Positions 36,207-49,239 are shown, counted from the stretch's first letter. The stretch: 64,000 nt of DNA from Lytechinus pictus (GCF_037042905.1 NC_087246.1:2358001-2422000); one strand, 5' to 3'. Numbers and translations are program-made. The notes: generated by a model not told the origin, from the sequence alone.

Positions 36207-37171
36207 AACAAGTGGAATGCCTCTGGCCGTCTCACCTGCATCACGCGATTCAATATAGCAGCAGTGCTGATTTTGAAAACTACTATAACTCGCACAAGAT
36301 GTTCAGTGATACTTGGTTACTCTTATTTCCACGTTTTATGAACTAGACCAATACACTTATAGAGATATGATGGCAATTCAACAAATACCCCCAACGTGGC
36401 CAAAGTTCTTTGACCTTACATGACCTTTGACCTTGATCATGTGACCTGAAACTCGCACAGGATGTTCAGTGATACTTGATTACTATTATGTCCAAGTTTT
36501 ATGAACTAGACCAACACACTTTCAAATTTATGGCTGTAATTCAACAAATACCCCAATTTGGCCAAAGTTCATTGACCCTAGATGACCTTTGACCTTGATC
36601 ATGTGACCTGAAACTTGCACAGGATGTTCAGTAATACTTGATTACTATTATGTCCAAGTTTCATGAATCAGATCCATAAACTTTCAAAGTTATGATGGTA
36701 ATTCAACAGATACCCCCAATTCGGCCAAAGTTCATTGACCCTAAATGACCTTTGACCTTGGTCATGTGACGTGAAACTCATGCAGGATGTTCAGTGATAC
36801 TTGATTAACCTTATGTATAAGTTTCATGAACTAGGTCCATATATTTTCTAAGTTATGATGACATTTCAAAAACTTAACCTTAGGTTAAGATTTTGATGTT
36901 GATTCCCCCAACATGGTCTAAGTTCATTGACCCTAAATGACCTTTGACCTTGGTCATGTGACATGAAACTCAGGCAGGATGTTCAGTAAATACTTGATTA
37001 ACCTTATGGCCAAGTTTCATGAACTAGGTCCATATACTTTCTAAGTTATGCTGTCATTTAAAAAACTTAACCTCAGGTTAAGATTTGGTGTTGACGCCGC
37101 CGCCACCGTCGCCGCCGCCGTCGGAAAAGCGGCGCCTATAGTCTCACTCTGCTATGCAGGTGAGACAAAAA
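36207..37171. mobile_element. HINE/Tsp-like element with 160-190-bp tandem units
   Basis: AACAAG start; perfect 13-bp subterminal IR GTCTCACCTGCAT / ATGCAGGTGAGAC; TGACCTTTGACC units; (GCC)n; terminal hairpin and A-run. Confidence 0.8.
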
Positions 37172-38065
37172 TCATACATTTCTTTTGAGATTGAGTGATT
37201 TCATTGATGATCCTTTGGTAATCACGTAAGAATTAAGATAAATGCTTACACACTCTCTGTATTCAGTCTTAATAGGTTACTAATTTCAAATATTTTGTTG
37301 TTGTTGTTTGACGGGAACTAGTTTTTTATCCGCCAAAATATTGTTTTTCTCTTTAAATTACTAGTAATGCAAACCCTGAACTATGATGAATACACTGAAA
37401 CTATTTTTGCATTAAGAGTAAATCATGGTGTAAACAAATAGTGGGCTGACCTCACTTTTACTTGAGACTTTTTGATACACATGTTCACTAGCAGACTGCC
37501 ACATAAATGTTATTATAGTCTGCTTTTGTGTTCAGGGCCTACAAAATCGATGGAGTGGAATACTGCGATACACAGATCATATTGCCAGTACACTGCCTGT
37601 CCACTATTCTGTTAAAAGACACGGTTTGGGGGCAATCATTGTAACAAACAGTTGATAAGTCATGCAGTGTATTGGGTTTGGTAATGCTTAGTGCCTCACA
37701 TTGCTTCACTTCACTACCTTTGTACACAAAGCATACTATTATGATATACAAATTTTGAGTCCATTGGTGCACATGTAAATAAAAATGTCCCTACAGTCTA
37801 CATATGACACCAAACATCAATCTTCAGCTTGAACGCTAGAAAAGTGTTCTTGATGAAAGTTTAGCACGGACATACAGTAACACCTTCTGAGTGATGACTA
37901 CAGAGAAGTTGCATTTCATGTAAATCTACTTTCTCTTTAGTGAAAACCTTAGCATTACTGCATCTTCTGTATAAATCAAGAACACGAAAAGGAACAAAAA
38001 AACATCCCTCTTGAATTTATTATACATTTTTCATCGAATATATGATTCCTGAAGAATGCACCTTT

Positions 38066-38153
38066 CTAGATTGTGTGTTTGATAACATGTGCAGCCTCCA
38101 CTACTGTCTGAGTAGGTCGTTGCACTCTTGGGTCCATGATAGGTACAGCCATT
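38066..38153 (-). CDS. CCDC65: CCDC65 terminal coding exon
   Basis: TTTTCACAG acceptor, phase-compatible, MAVPIMDPRVQRPTQTVVEAAHVIKHTI-TAG. Confidence 0.85.
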
Positions 38154-39030
38154 CTGTGAAAAGAATTTGAGAAACACAAAAATGAAAGGGTCAAGAGACA
38201 AATCATGGGGAAATTGAATCGTTCTGAATTTTAAAGGTTTTGTTATTGCACTTTATAATATGTGCGACATGCCAGCCTGTCAAACTAATGTACTTAAAGT
38301 TCAGATAGAAAAAAATTAAAAAAACTCAGGATCCTTAGTCCTAGATTAGATAAGGCCTTATGATTTTTAAACCTCAACAAACATTGAAATACAGTTTACT
38401 TATGGTTGCTCAATATATTACCCTTTGTTCTCCCTTCTTACTTCAAGATATACTAGTGCTGATTACCATTCTGCCTTTGTCAGGGGGCACACTTTAAAAA
38501 AAAAATTCAATATGCAAAAAGATACAAATGAAGTAAAAGGATGAATTATACTCAAAACCTCAATGTGAACAAAGCAGAATAAAACACATCACAAAGGGGT
38601 GTGGACAGTTTGTGTGGAGCTATGGCAAAGACTGTCATGCCAAGGAGTGAGAATGAAAATGATGGGTAGGGCTATTCTTAAGAATAGTATTCTAAAGAAT
38701 AGTAGGGCTATTCTTTAGAATACTAATTCTCTGACAAGATCATTCATATGAAACAGTAGAAATAGATTTGTAGAGTTCAATAAGGCTTACCTTGGGAATG
38801 TTCTAGAATGAAAAAAAGGGGAAGGCCATTGCTGCATAAAGTATTTTCTTGTCAGGGAATTAGTCTGATATAAAAAGCAGTAGAGATAGCTTTGTGGAGC
38901 AATGCAAAGGATTCTCTCATAGAAGTATTGTATGAAGTGGGAGGGGTTTGCTTGTTTGATGCTGTATGAAGAATGATGTCATGCATCAAGGATGGAACCT
39001 AACATGAAGGTAACATGATTTAATACTTAC

Positions 39031-39248
39031 GGAGCATTGGTCTTTTGGTTGATAACAAAGAGTGGATTGACTTGGCTGAGGATCTCATCATTCACCGAGA
39101 TACCATCAAGATACTGCTTCAGGACAGTCCTGAGACGTTGGTTCTCCATCGTAAGGGTAGATCGCTCCTTATCAAGGGCAACCTTGTCCAGCAGGGCCTT
39201 GTTATAGCGCTTCCAGAAGTTCTCCAGGGATTGGTATTCATGCATGAT
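39031..39248 (-). CDS. CCDC65: CCDC65 coding exon 7
   Basis: [22 protein letters not shown]...[36 protein letters not shown] donor, phase 2. Confidence 0.95.
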
Positions 39249-39680
39249 CTGATGGTAAAGGAAGATGAGAAGTGTTCATAGTGATGATTCACTGCTGTCT
39301 TGGACATGAGGTGATGGCTAGAAAATGTTAGTGATGGGTGTCAGGTTATTTAGTAGTATCATTAATTTAAGCCCTGTTATACTGCTTTGAGAACTTGATA
39401 GCTGTTTATACAGGTTCAAGGAAACACAATGTGACTTGCAATAATCATGAGACTGCCTGTAACAGATGCAGTAGTACCTGTAAGCTAGTCTTCAATATCA
39501 AAGTATCCTACATGCAGTGCATCTTTAACATCTTTAATTGGCTTTCAAAATATCAGCTTCCCCAGAGTACAGATAAAAATAACATGATACAAGAAGAACA
39601 TATCCATCATGGAAATATATAGTCTTCTAATTGTCATGCAAGTATCAAACTATTTATGGACAATACAAAGGATAGTATAC

Positions 39681-39833
39681 CTCTGCAAGTTGTTCTGATG
39701 GGGGTTCTGCTACTGCTGCAGCAACATCCTCCTGTTCTTCTGCTGTTAAACTAGATGCATAAAAGGGAAGAACCTTCTCCTCTTCAGTTTCCAGTTTGCG
39801 GCTCATCTCTGCCAGCTTCAATATCCTCTCACC
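39681..39833 (-). CDS. CCDC65: CCDC65 coding exon 6
   Basis: GERILKLAEMSRKLETEEEKVLPFYASSL...; 153 nt, AG/GT. Confidence 0.95.
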
Positions 39834-40400
39834 CTGTAGTAATATGCAGAAAATTTCAAAATAAATGAAAAAATGTAGAACAATTGACAATACCATAGCT
39901 TGCTTGCTACCAATTAAGTTTTCTATTAAGAAAGGAATATATAATCAGAGTGATTGCTATGTAAAAGCAGACATCCATGTAACATACTGGAACAATGAAA
40001 TAAAATATTTGAAGAGAAAAATAAGAGATACTTCTACATTACAATTCCATAGAACAATTTAATATACCATATAAAGGAGTGCAAAACATTATTTGCTTTG
40101 GTAAATCTGATCTATTAGAATAATTTAACCAGAATTTGAGCCTTAATTTCTTTTGTGTTGTACTTGCATTTACCTATTACTATATCTACTAAAACAATAC
40201 AAAGAGATAACAATATATTGTCATGTTTAATATAATTCTAAACATTCTATTTAATTATTTTTAACAAAATATGCCCAATGCAACATTGAAAAAATGTGTT
40301 GGCATCCTACATTTTTTAAGAAGACTGGCCTAGGCATGAATCAGATCAATTCATATTTGAGAATGCATGATAGCTAGTAGCTTGCTAACACTACACTCAC

Positions 40401-40619
40401 CATGTCAAGTTTCCTTTTCACTTCTTTGATAGACGCATTGCTTTCTAACGTCAGTTTTGTAAGCCTTGATCTTTCATTTTCCCGGAAGTTATTCATCTGG
40501 CTTTTGAGTTCATGGAAATGTTGAGCAATAACCTCCCTCTGCTCTCTCAAATCTCGATTTCTCTCTTCACTTTCTCTTGAGTTCTGGGACATCTTAGCTT
40601 TAAGAGATGCAATATTGTC
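40401..40619 (-). CDS. CCDC65: CCDC65 coding exon 5
   Basis: DNIASLKAKM...LTKLTLESNASIKEVKRKLDM; 219 nt, AG/GT. Confidence 0.93.
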
Positions 40620-41175
40620 CTGCAAACAAGGAGAAAAACGTATTATTGACAGTTATCACAAAAGGGATATATTTTAAGACTAACTATTAATAACACACAG
40701 TCAATGAGAGACCACACATTGTGTTGGTCAATTCACTTCCCCTATAAATGAAATATATTTTTCTCAAAGTATTGGCAACCAACTTGGTAATATAATAAAA
40801 GTGATTTGTGTATCATCTGATTTGACTTACAATGACACTTTAATAATTGTAGAACTTTTTAAAACTTTGATAATACTATTGGTTATTTATATTGAGAATA
40901 CTCACTTGTAAAGATTACATTTTTGACCAGTGCAAAACTTTATTTTCATAAAAGATTTAAGATTAAAAAAAAAAAAATCATAATTAAAAGAACCAAATAA
41001 ATAAAAGAAAAACAGGAAGGTCTTCATTACTTTACTTTGGAAAAGAACCCCCACCCCCACACTTTTCTGAGATTTAGAAAAGTGTTTGATTTTTAAGGCA
41101 TTTAAAGCAATAACTCAATACCAGTATTCAAACAAGTTATGAAGAAAACAGATAAGTATGATATGCATGGCTTAC

Positions 41176-41373
41176 TGATATTCTTTGCAATTTGCGCATC
41201 TGCATCTCAATTTCCTTTGCACTCTTCTCATCTTTATCCTTGAGTGTTTCAAAGGCAGCCTTTCTTTCTTCTGTTGATTCCTGGTAGCTCTTAAGGGCTT
41301 GTTGAAACTGGGCCCAGAGGTCTTCTACCTGGCCTTCAAGCTGGAGACGCAATGCATGCTTCTCTTCAAGGTT
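41176..41373 (-). CDS. CCDC65: CCDC65 coding exon 4
   Basis: [20 protein letters not shown]...[20 protein letters not shown]; 198 nt, AG/GT. Confidence 0.93.
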
Positions 41374-41909
41374 CTACAATATACACAATGAAATCATAGA
41401 AGAGATCTGAGTCTAGAAATTCTTGATCTCATGCAGAATTCATGACCTCAGTATTCAAGATACAGCTTGGGATCTTAATAGATCCATTATTTATTATTAA
41501 ACACATATGTGCCTATTAACATGAATGCAAACAATCAATTTTACCTTCTTACTACATAGCATACCGGCAGGCGATTTCATACTTGGTCCCTCTAGGGAGG
41601 GGCAAGATGACCTATCATAGGCTGCAGCACAAAATTAAAAATTTGAGGGAGAATCACTGCCTGTGATAACCAGTTTCCAAAGACTTATAATTGATATCAA
41701 CCATAAGATTGATTGTATTGTCCATGACATAGGAAACTGGTGTTCACAAAGATTAAAGAAGTTTTTCCCAGACAAATAACAGCAAGCTCATTGTTCATAA
41801 ATCAATATTTCTATTCATGACTTTAATTTGCAAGGAGCTTTAAGCACACATTCCCTGAGATACGGGCCATAAAGAAAAAGAAAAAGAAAAATACAACAAA
41901 AAGAAATAC

Positions 41910-42133
41910 CTTATTCTTGATTTCATCTCTAAGACTCTGGAAATCCTGTCTTGCATCATTCTCTCTTTCAGTACAGTTTTGCTCCATTGCAAAGAGAATG
42001 TCTTGGAGATCATTCAGCTCTCGTTTGTGTTGCTCAATGATCAGTGCCCTCTCTGTGTCAAATTCTTTCTTCAGGATCTCCAGCTCATCAAGATATTCTG
42101 ATTTCAGGATCTGTAGTCTGCTCTTTTGAAGGT
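41910..42133 (-). CDS. CCDC65: CCDC65 coding exon 3
   Basis: AG/GT bounded, (D)LQKSRLQILKSEY...DFQSLRDEIKNK. Confidence 0.93.
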
Positions 42134-42675
42134 CTGTAATGCAAGGATTCAACAGAATATATTTTGTTCATTCAAATTATACAATGACACCTTAACATTA
42201 TGCATTATGTCAAAGTGGAAACATCCAAATAACATCTCCTCTTTTATTGATGTGATTTGTCTGGAAAAGGTTATAAGTTTCTTAAATTCTACAACACATT
42301 ATTGCATTGAGGATCATACATGGAGTATTTGATGTTTAGGGAAAAAAAATTTAAGTTCAAGATTTCTTCCACCTAAACAAGTAGTTGATTTGAATGAATA
42401 GAGGAAAAATAATCAAACAAGCAAAATGCTGAAAATTTCATCAAAACTGGATGTAAAATAAGAAAATCATAACAATTGAAAGCTTCACTTTACAAGATAT
42501 TTCTTGGGGGGTATAATCTGAAACAAGGTTTGCTTCCTCCCGAACATGTGGAATTGCCATTGTTGAAATGTACTATTATTTAAAAAAAACTTCATAAAAG
42601 TCAAATATGCAAAATTGAAATATTCCATAATTTATACAATAAAATAACAAAAGAAATATCGTGTGACATCAGCAG

Positions 42676-42831
42676 GGGCCTGTTTCATAAAGAGTTACAA
42701 CTGTTGTGACTTTGCCATTATGGCAACTACCATGGTAACCTTGATTTTGATTGGCGGCTGAGCCCTGTTGCCATGGTAATTGCCATAATGGCAAAGTTAC
42801 AACAGTTGTAAGTCCGTTATGAAACAGGCCC
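42676..42831. mobile_element. Harbinger-type palindromic MITE inside a Kolobok-like copy (about 42351-43006)
   Basis: CAG|GGGCCTGTTTCATAA ... TTATGAAACAGGCCC|CAG; 3-bp TSD. Confidence 0.85.
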
Positions 42832-43775
42832 CAGCTCTCTCATTTGCACATCACCATGTTGTGCATATAACTGTTCTGTGATTTAAAAGTCTCATAACTT
42901 TCTTATATTATGCCAGATTTTTAAACAAATTTTCAGCGTTTTATGTTTGATTGATTTTTCTCATTTTATTCCAATCAACTTTTGGTTGGGGTGGACTTGC
43001 CCTTTAATATATTTTACAGTCTTTTTATTCTCATCAATCCCCTTATTGGTCACAGGAAAATTGTTTGGAAGAATTCATTGAAAAGTGAACATGAAAACAA
43101 TCTTGCAGCTTGAAAACTAGGGCTGTTTGATCGCTAGTCTTGTCGATAATCTCTTGTTTTTTGCCACTTGGCGATATCGATAACCTTTCTTTCGTTGTTG
43201 ATAATACCCGCTATTATGTAGGGACATGACAGTGATTTTCCGCGATTTCATGGAATTCAGGGAAACGGCCTTTTGAAAGTGGCTTTTCAGACGGAAAATA
43301 TATTTTTCCTCAAAATGCACAGAACAGCAACATAAATCATTCCAAAATCTCAACAAAATACAAATATTTACTATCCATAAACACAATCTCACTTTGCTAT
43401 AATCATTGCAATCCAAACATTGTGACTGCAATCAAAGTTCTATCTTCGATCGTATATCGAAAACATTCACAAGCGCAAGCTCAATTTTAGCGAAGTACCA
43501 ACATGGTAGGCAGCACACGGCCATGTGTTGCTGCCCTCTACTTTCAAAGATGTACAGCACGATATCAAAATGGCGAATAGGTGAAAGACGTTGACTGCTT
43601 AGTCTAGAACGATGTCCAAAAAGCCTCAAACTTATCGATAAAACTTCATCCAACCCTAAATTACTGATAGTAACATGAGAGAGGATGTATTTAAATGCTA
43701 AATATGTTTGTTAAAAGATGTCATGTAATCGTTTACATCTGATGAACACAGATTTTAAAGCGTTCTTGGTACACT

Positions 43776-43895
43776 ACCAGTCACAATTCTTTGACTCACT
43801 ATTACCTGTTTCAGCCAGAGAACAATAGAATCAGTGGACCAAATCTATTGTTCTCTGGTTGAAACAGGTAATAGTGATTCAAATGGTGACTGGTA
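43776..43895. repeat. 120-bp hairpin or small MITE
   Basis: TACCAGTCAC..TCACTATTACCTGTTTCA.CCAGAGAACAATAGA is mirrored by TCTATTGTTCTCTGG.TGAAACAGGTAATAGTGA..GTGACTGGTA. Confidence 0.8.
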
Positions 43896-44104
43896 CTGTA
43901 CAGTGGCAGATACAAATTTTGACCAACGCGAGTATTGTGTCATCGCTATAATGCATAAATAATGCGTATTGATTATGTTTTTGTCGATAGTTATCGATAC
44001 GATATTTTTAGCGATATATCAACAGAGAAATTTCTTAACAATAACAGCCTTATTGAATACACCAGTGCTTTATTTGTAATATTGTTTCTTTAACAGATTA
44101 AGTT

Positions 44105-45096
44105 TTTTTATTTTTATTTTTTATTATGTTTTATTGTTTTCATAAATAATCAATTACAAGAAATCACAATATTTACATAATTAGACATGATCGTAATCAA
44201 ACAAACAGAAATTAAAAAAACAACATTAATAAAGAAAAAAGAAAAAAAAGTGACAAGTAACATAATCCAGAACAAACTATAACAATTAGAATCTAAACAC
44301 ATACACATACAACCAATATATCAGGTAATGAGCCATGGCAGAATATTAACCTGTACTTGCGGGGTATAAAAAAAATTCAACATGTTTTACAAGTGAACTT
44401 CTTCAAAGCTCAAATCTCCATTTTTTGAAATGTAAAGCGAGCTTGTTTCTTTTTTTGGCCATATAGTATTCAGTTTCCCTTTGAGATTTGATAAAATTCT
44501 TAAAGGATTCAACATTTGGAGTATCACCTCTAAATTTACAATGTAATATTTCACAATCAATAAAATGTAAGTTACAAACTTATCAGTTATTATACCAAAC
44601 AGTTTGTCAAAATTCGTAAAATTAATAACATTGCCTTTACGTTCTAATGAATTTGTAACATATTTCCAAAGTGGAGTCACTACTTCACATTCACAAAATA
44701 AATGTACAATCGTTTCTTCTTCCTTTTCACAAAATATACAGTTGGGAGATTCCTTTCTATTGATTTTAAATAAAAAATCATTCAATGCTATTGTTTTATG
44801 AAATATTTTTAAATAAAAAGAGCGCAATCTAGTGTCAATAGTACAAGTGAAATTGACATTATGAACCTTCTCCCAAATGGTTTCTTCAGGAACAGTAATT
44901 TGACTTATCCAATAATCATACTTCTTCTCAGGGATATGAGGTACATTCATCATCTATAAGCATACTTAGGTACTTTTTTAAAAGCAAGTAACGAGGAAAC
45001 TAGGGAATCATGAATGTTTACACCATATAAAAAAAGGAACGTCTAACCATTCCTCTGGAATGTGTTTGATCAAAAAATTATATTTTCTTCGATCTG
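44105..45096 (-). mobile_element. 5'-truncated L1/Tx1-clade LINE (ORF2 C-terminal zinc knuckle, 3' UTR, A-rich tail)
   Basis: ORF 44387..44953 with CIFCEKEEETIVHLFCEC; exact 15-bp TSD TTAACAGATTAAGTT (44090-44104, 45097-45111); T-rich tail on the plus strand. Confidence 0.9.
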
Positions 45097-45218
45097 TTAA
45101 CAGATTAAGTTCAAATTGCCAACTGTCCACAAGGTTGATATATAGATATTAACGAAGCCTTTTGATCTTCTTGTGGACAGTCAGTCACCAATGAAATTAT
45201 CAATGGAAGTCAACTCAC

Positions 45219-45471
45219 CAACAAGTCCATCCATATTCTGGAGATGACTCCTTAGCCCCATGGCATACTGTTCTTCTGCTTCCTGCAGGTCTTTCACCAA
45301 TGATTTGATGACACTGTCTTTCCTGTCCACCACACGCTCAAAGGTTTGACTCAGAATCTCAATATCATTCTTGAGTTCCCTTGACTTAGCAGCACGCATG
45401 ATGTTTCTCCACTGGTGAGTGATCTTGTACATGTTGAACCGGGTATTCCTCTCCTCTTTCACAAGTTTATC
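45219..45471 (-). CDS. CCDC65: CCDC65 coding exon 2
   Basis: DKLVKEE...WRNIMR...[23 protein letters not shown]...RSHLQN, typical of the DRC2 N-terminal domain. Confidence 0.95.
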
Positions 45472-46059
45472 CTAGAAAATGTAAAGAATATGATATTCAT
45501 AACAATCTACATATCTCTGATTACTACTAGTTACACATACATTCTATCCAGCAGCTTCAATCTGACACCTTGATTTTCCCTATCATTGTAATAAATTGCA
45601 TCTTGCATCTTGCAAGATACCTTTAGTTTTAAATCTATCTAATAGAAATTCTTCTAGATAATCTGTCTCCTCCATTGCTGAAAATTCTAGCAGATTATAG
45701 AATCCTTGTAGTCTGTCTAAATGCTATACAGAACCTATCTGGACACACAAGTGAATTCTTGTTTACCAGTAAATCAAGATAGAAAATCTGTGTTTTATTC
45801 TTTATTTTTTCATGTGAAAATTCATTGAATTCATTTTTGCAAAGCGGTATTCATATTTTTGCTATGTACATATTTTGTATGACAAAATTGAATATTCAAT
45901 TTAGACCAAGGTTGAAATTAAAATATTCTCAGAAAGAAATCACTGTCCATGAAATTAAGTCAATTTTCTTATGTAAAACAACATAAATTTTGAACTTAAA
46001 GGAATGGAACAGAAAGGGAGAGATAGAGCTCTAGAGAGAGAAAGAAAATCAGACTTTAC

Positions 46060-46209
46060 CTTTAGAAATTGATTGAGCATATCCTCTTTCTTTTTCTGCA
46101 TTTCTTTCTCTGCAAGCTCTTTCTGTTCAAGATATAATATTCTTTCTTCCTCTGTCATTTTAGCAAGTTTTCCCTTCTTGGCCGACTTTCCTTTCTTCTT
46201 CGGTGCCAT
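46060..46209 (-). CDS. CCDC65: Dynein regulatory complex subunit 2 (CCDC65), first coding exon
   Basis: MAPKKKGKSAKKGKLAKMTEEERILYLEQK...MLNQFLK; acceptor at 46230-46231 implies an upstream UTR exon. Joined model 46060-46209, 45219-45471, 41910-42133, 41176-41373, 40401-40619, 39681-39833, 39031-39248, 38066-38153 is in frame to TAG. Confidence 0.92.
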
Positions 46210-46339
46210 GTTGAATCTTCTTCAGGTTTCTAAAGAATGTAATTTTCAAATGAAAAAAAAGAACAAAAATTGAAGACTATATTTTAAAGTTACTGATCTT
46301 AGTTGTAGCTCTTCACCTCTTGATACCAAACTAAAAACC

Positions 46340-46585
46340 GACATCATCATAATCATCATCCGTAAGTACAGTCCACCAGGCTGGTGTATCATCGTACTTG
46401 TAGAATTGTGCAAGAGTATGTACAGTGCTGTGGAAAATCTATTCTTCGTGCTGTTAAAAAGAATCACGCAGTCTTGGCTTAGCGCAATTGGATTTTCCGC
46501 ACCTTTAATAGCCTTGAAGCTGGCTACTGAAGTGCAGTTAACTGTACTGGCAGTAAGAATTTTCCAATCTAATGGCATAAGGAAT
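46340..46585 (-). mobile_element. Short LINE 3' end fragment with (GAT)n tail
   Basis: DWKILTASTVNCTSVASFK resembles the CR1-group ORF2 C-terminus W..LP..V...S..SFK; ends in GATGATGATTATGATGATG. Confidence 0.55.
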
Positions 46586-49239
46586 AAAAGTATATTGATA
46601 CACAATTGATATTGATTCATTAACAAACATTTTATCTATTAATTAAGTTGAGCTCAAGGATGAGATGGAGATAAAGTGAGAAAAATGGTAATTCAATATG
46701 AAAAGGAAAGTATGAGAATGAGGGAAAATGTCCAGATATCATAGTAGAACAATATTCAGTCACTCAGTTCAGTTGTGCCGATTACAGTTCACATTCTCCA
46801 CTCCCAGTGAAGCATTTCAGGTATACATGCACCATAATTAATATCCCCATCTAAGATATTATTAAATATCATTGGAGGATTTACCGTTTGAATGCTGTAA
46901 GGGTATTTTTCCAGTTCTTCCCCTGCACCTGTAAACATAGTAACAAATTTATTTATAATTATGAATAACACAAAATAGGGAACGTGCACGAAATGATCAT
47001 ACATATAAATGATTAGTTATAATTTATGGTGGTGTGACCTTAATTAGCGTTACCTAATTTTGCGCACGGTCAAATATCTCTATACCTAATTTTACATCTT
47101 GAAAAATCTGATATCACCAACAGAGATAGCGACCCAAAATTACTCAGTATGGTAATTTTCTTGAAGGTAAGGTCTCAATTTGTGAAAATATTGGCAATAC
47201 ATCGGCAAGTTTTGTTACCTTTTGCATCCGCTCCGAGAAAATCTGATTTTCTCGACAAGCATCAAGAAATCGGCAGTTTGCTAGCAGAGGTCTCCAAATA
47301 ATAAAAATGTGATAGGATGGGGGGTCGGGTGTCCGGACAGTTTATCTTTTTGAAGCCTTCTTTTTTGTCTTTGGATTACACTATAAATGAAATTCAATAC
47401 TTGTAATTATCTTCTATTTTGTTCTTTATAATATTTCCTAACATTTTGTACTAAAAATTGATGAAACTTCGCTTGTAATTTTTTCCAAATGACTTTCTAA
47501 AATTGATCGTCCGGACACACAACAACTGGGTATACCAACCGAATTTATGGCATTTTAACCTCCATCTGCTATAGTTATCTTACCTTTGTCTGCTTGATTT
47601 TTTTTTCTATAAATTCTAAAGCCTTGCAAAACGATCGTGCGCAAATTAAGGTCACACTTTTTTATGACACTTTTTCAGCCGAGGGTGCACTAGTTGATCG
47701 CCGTGGAATTTTGAGATCGCGATACCAGCGAAACCCTGGCTTGACCCATGTACTTTATTCCGTCAAGCGAATTTGACTTTAGGATCTTGCCTTCCGTTTG
47801 GTATTCATGATTTTGATTAATTTTGTGTGAGCTCTGAGAAATTTTTGATTGAAAATCAACTTCATGATGATTTTTAAAATGTGCGCAAATTATGGTCACC
47901 CCATCATACATCATCTATTTCTAGTCAAGATTCTTTTTTTTGTTCTGGATCTATTCTTTTAGTTACTTTAGACTAAAGTTTAGAATTTCATAGACATAGT
48001 CTCAGTTTAAAAAAAATCATAACCTCCTCGGTGTAACGTCGTAGATCTAGAACTTGTAAGTTGAAGTCGAGCCGAGGAGTTCCCTAACTTAGCCTAAGGC
48101 TAAGCTCACTCACACGTATTGCGAGGCTAGTATAGTCACGTATTGTATTACCGGACACTATTATGATTCCGGACGCGCATATTACTGCGTTCTAAAACAA
48201 ATTCGTACCGTAAGACTTCCGCAATTCAATTTCACAGAGCAATACATAGAACAAGATTGCAAAAACAAGGCGAAAAATCCAACTTTTACCTAATTATCTC
48301 TAAAAATGACAGAAAATGCTTAAAATATCATATAACATAGTTTTGTATTAACAATTGATATATTTTCTAACGGAAATATGGGCCTGATTTGCCGAATTTC
48401 AATCTCGTCCACTCCTTGATCGATCAAATGATGAGGTGTGGTGTATGTGGGTGATCGTCGACGGCTAGTTCTCAAGGTACCCGTGCGCGAGGTTTACCGT
48501 GAGTAGAGCCGTCGATCGGCAGCGCATCGATAGAACTTGATGAGCGTCACGATACGAACGCGAGCATATTATTATTGGAAAGTGCCATGGAACATGCAGC
48601 TAACAAGACAAAATAAAATAAGTTATCAAACACGAATTTATTACCAACATCTGCTCAGATTCGATATAAAAAAGCAAATAATACTTAGAATTTACTCATG
48701 ATATGATATAAGAAGAAAAAAAAAATCACAAAAATTTGTTCTTACATCATTATAATCAAGGATATCTCTACCCGTCCGGCGCGCGTCCGGAATCATGATG
48801 TAATTTGTCGCGCACGAAAATAATTGTTTTTCGTGGAGGGGTATGTGGCAAGTGCGATGCAAAGAAAATGGTTGGTAAATATAAAATAATTTTATCATAT
48901 TCATAATTTTCAGAATATTTGGAATAGCAAGTGTGAATTTTTCTTGATTGTATTTCCTCTAGTTGTCATTTTTAAAGCACTGAAATAAAGGTGTCCGGCA
49001 ATAGGATACACTGCCATATATGAATTAGCTCCGCTGCCGAAGCGAAGGAAATTTTCCCTTCGCCTCACGAGGCTCATCCCCGCCGCCTCCGGGGCCGGGG
49101 AGGAGCTTGTACCGTAATCATTCCGCTCTGAGCTCTGTCTGGCGCGGTCACTGCCTGGAAATCAAAACAGTGTTTAGGGGGCGAAATTCACGTAGATTAG
49201 TAGATATCAATAAATACATTGCATTTAAAATATACTTAC

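Noticed and set aside
46789..47004. Exon-like 71-aa ORF upstream of the CCDC65 start
   Set aside because: It has an acceptor-like site but no recognisable homology or convincing donor.
48139..49010. Possible MITE with CCGGACAC / GTGTCCGG and ATGATTCCGGACGCGC inverted motifs
   Set aside because: The inverted motifs are real, but termini and TSD are too degraded to delimit.
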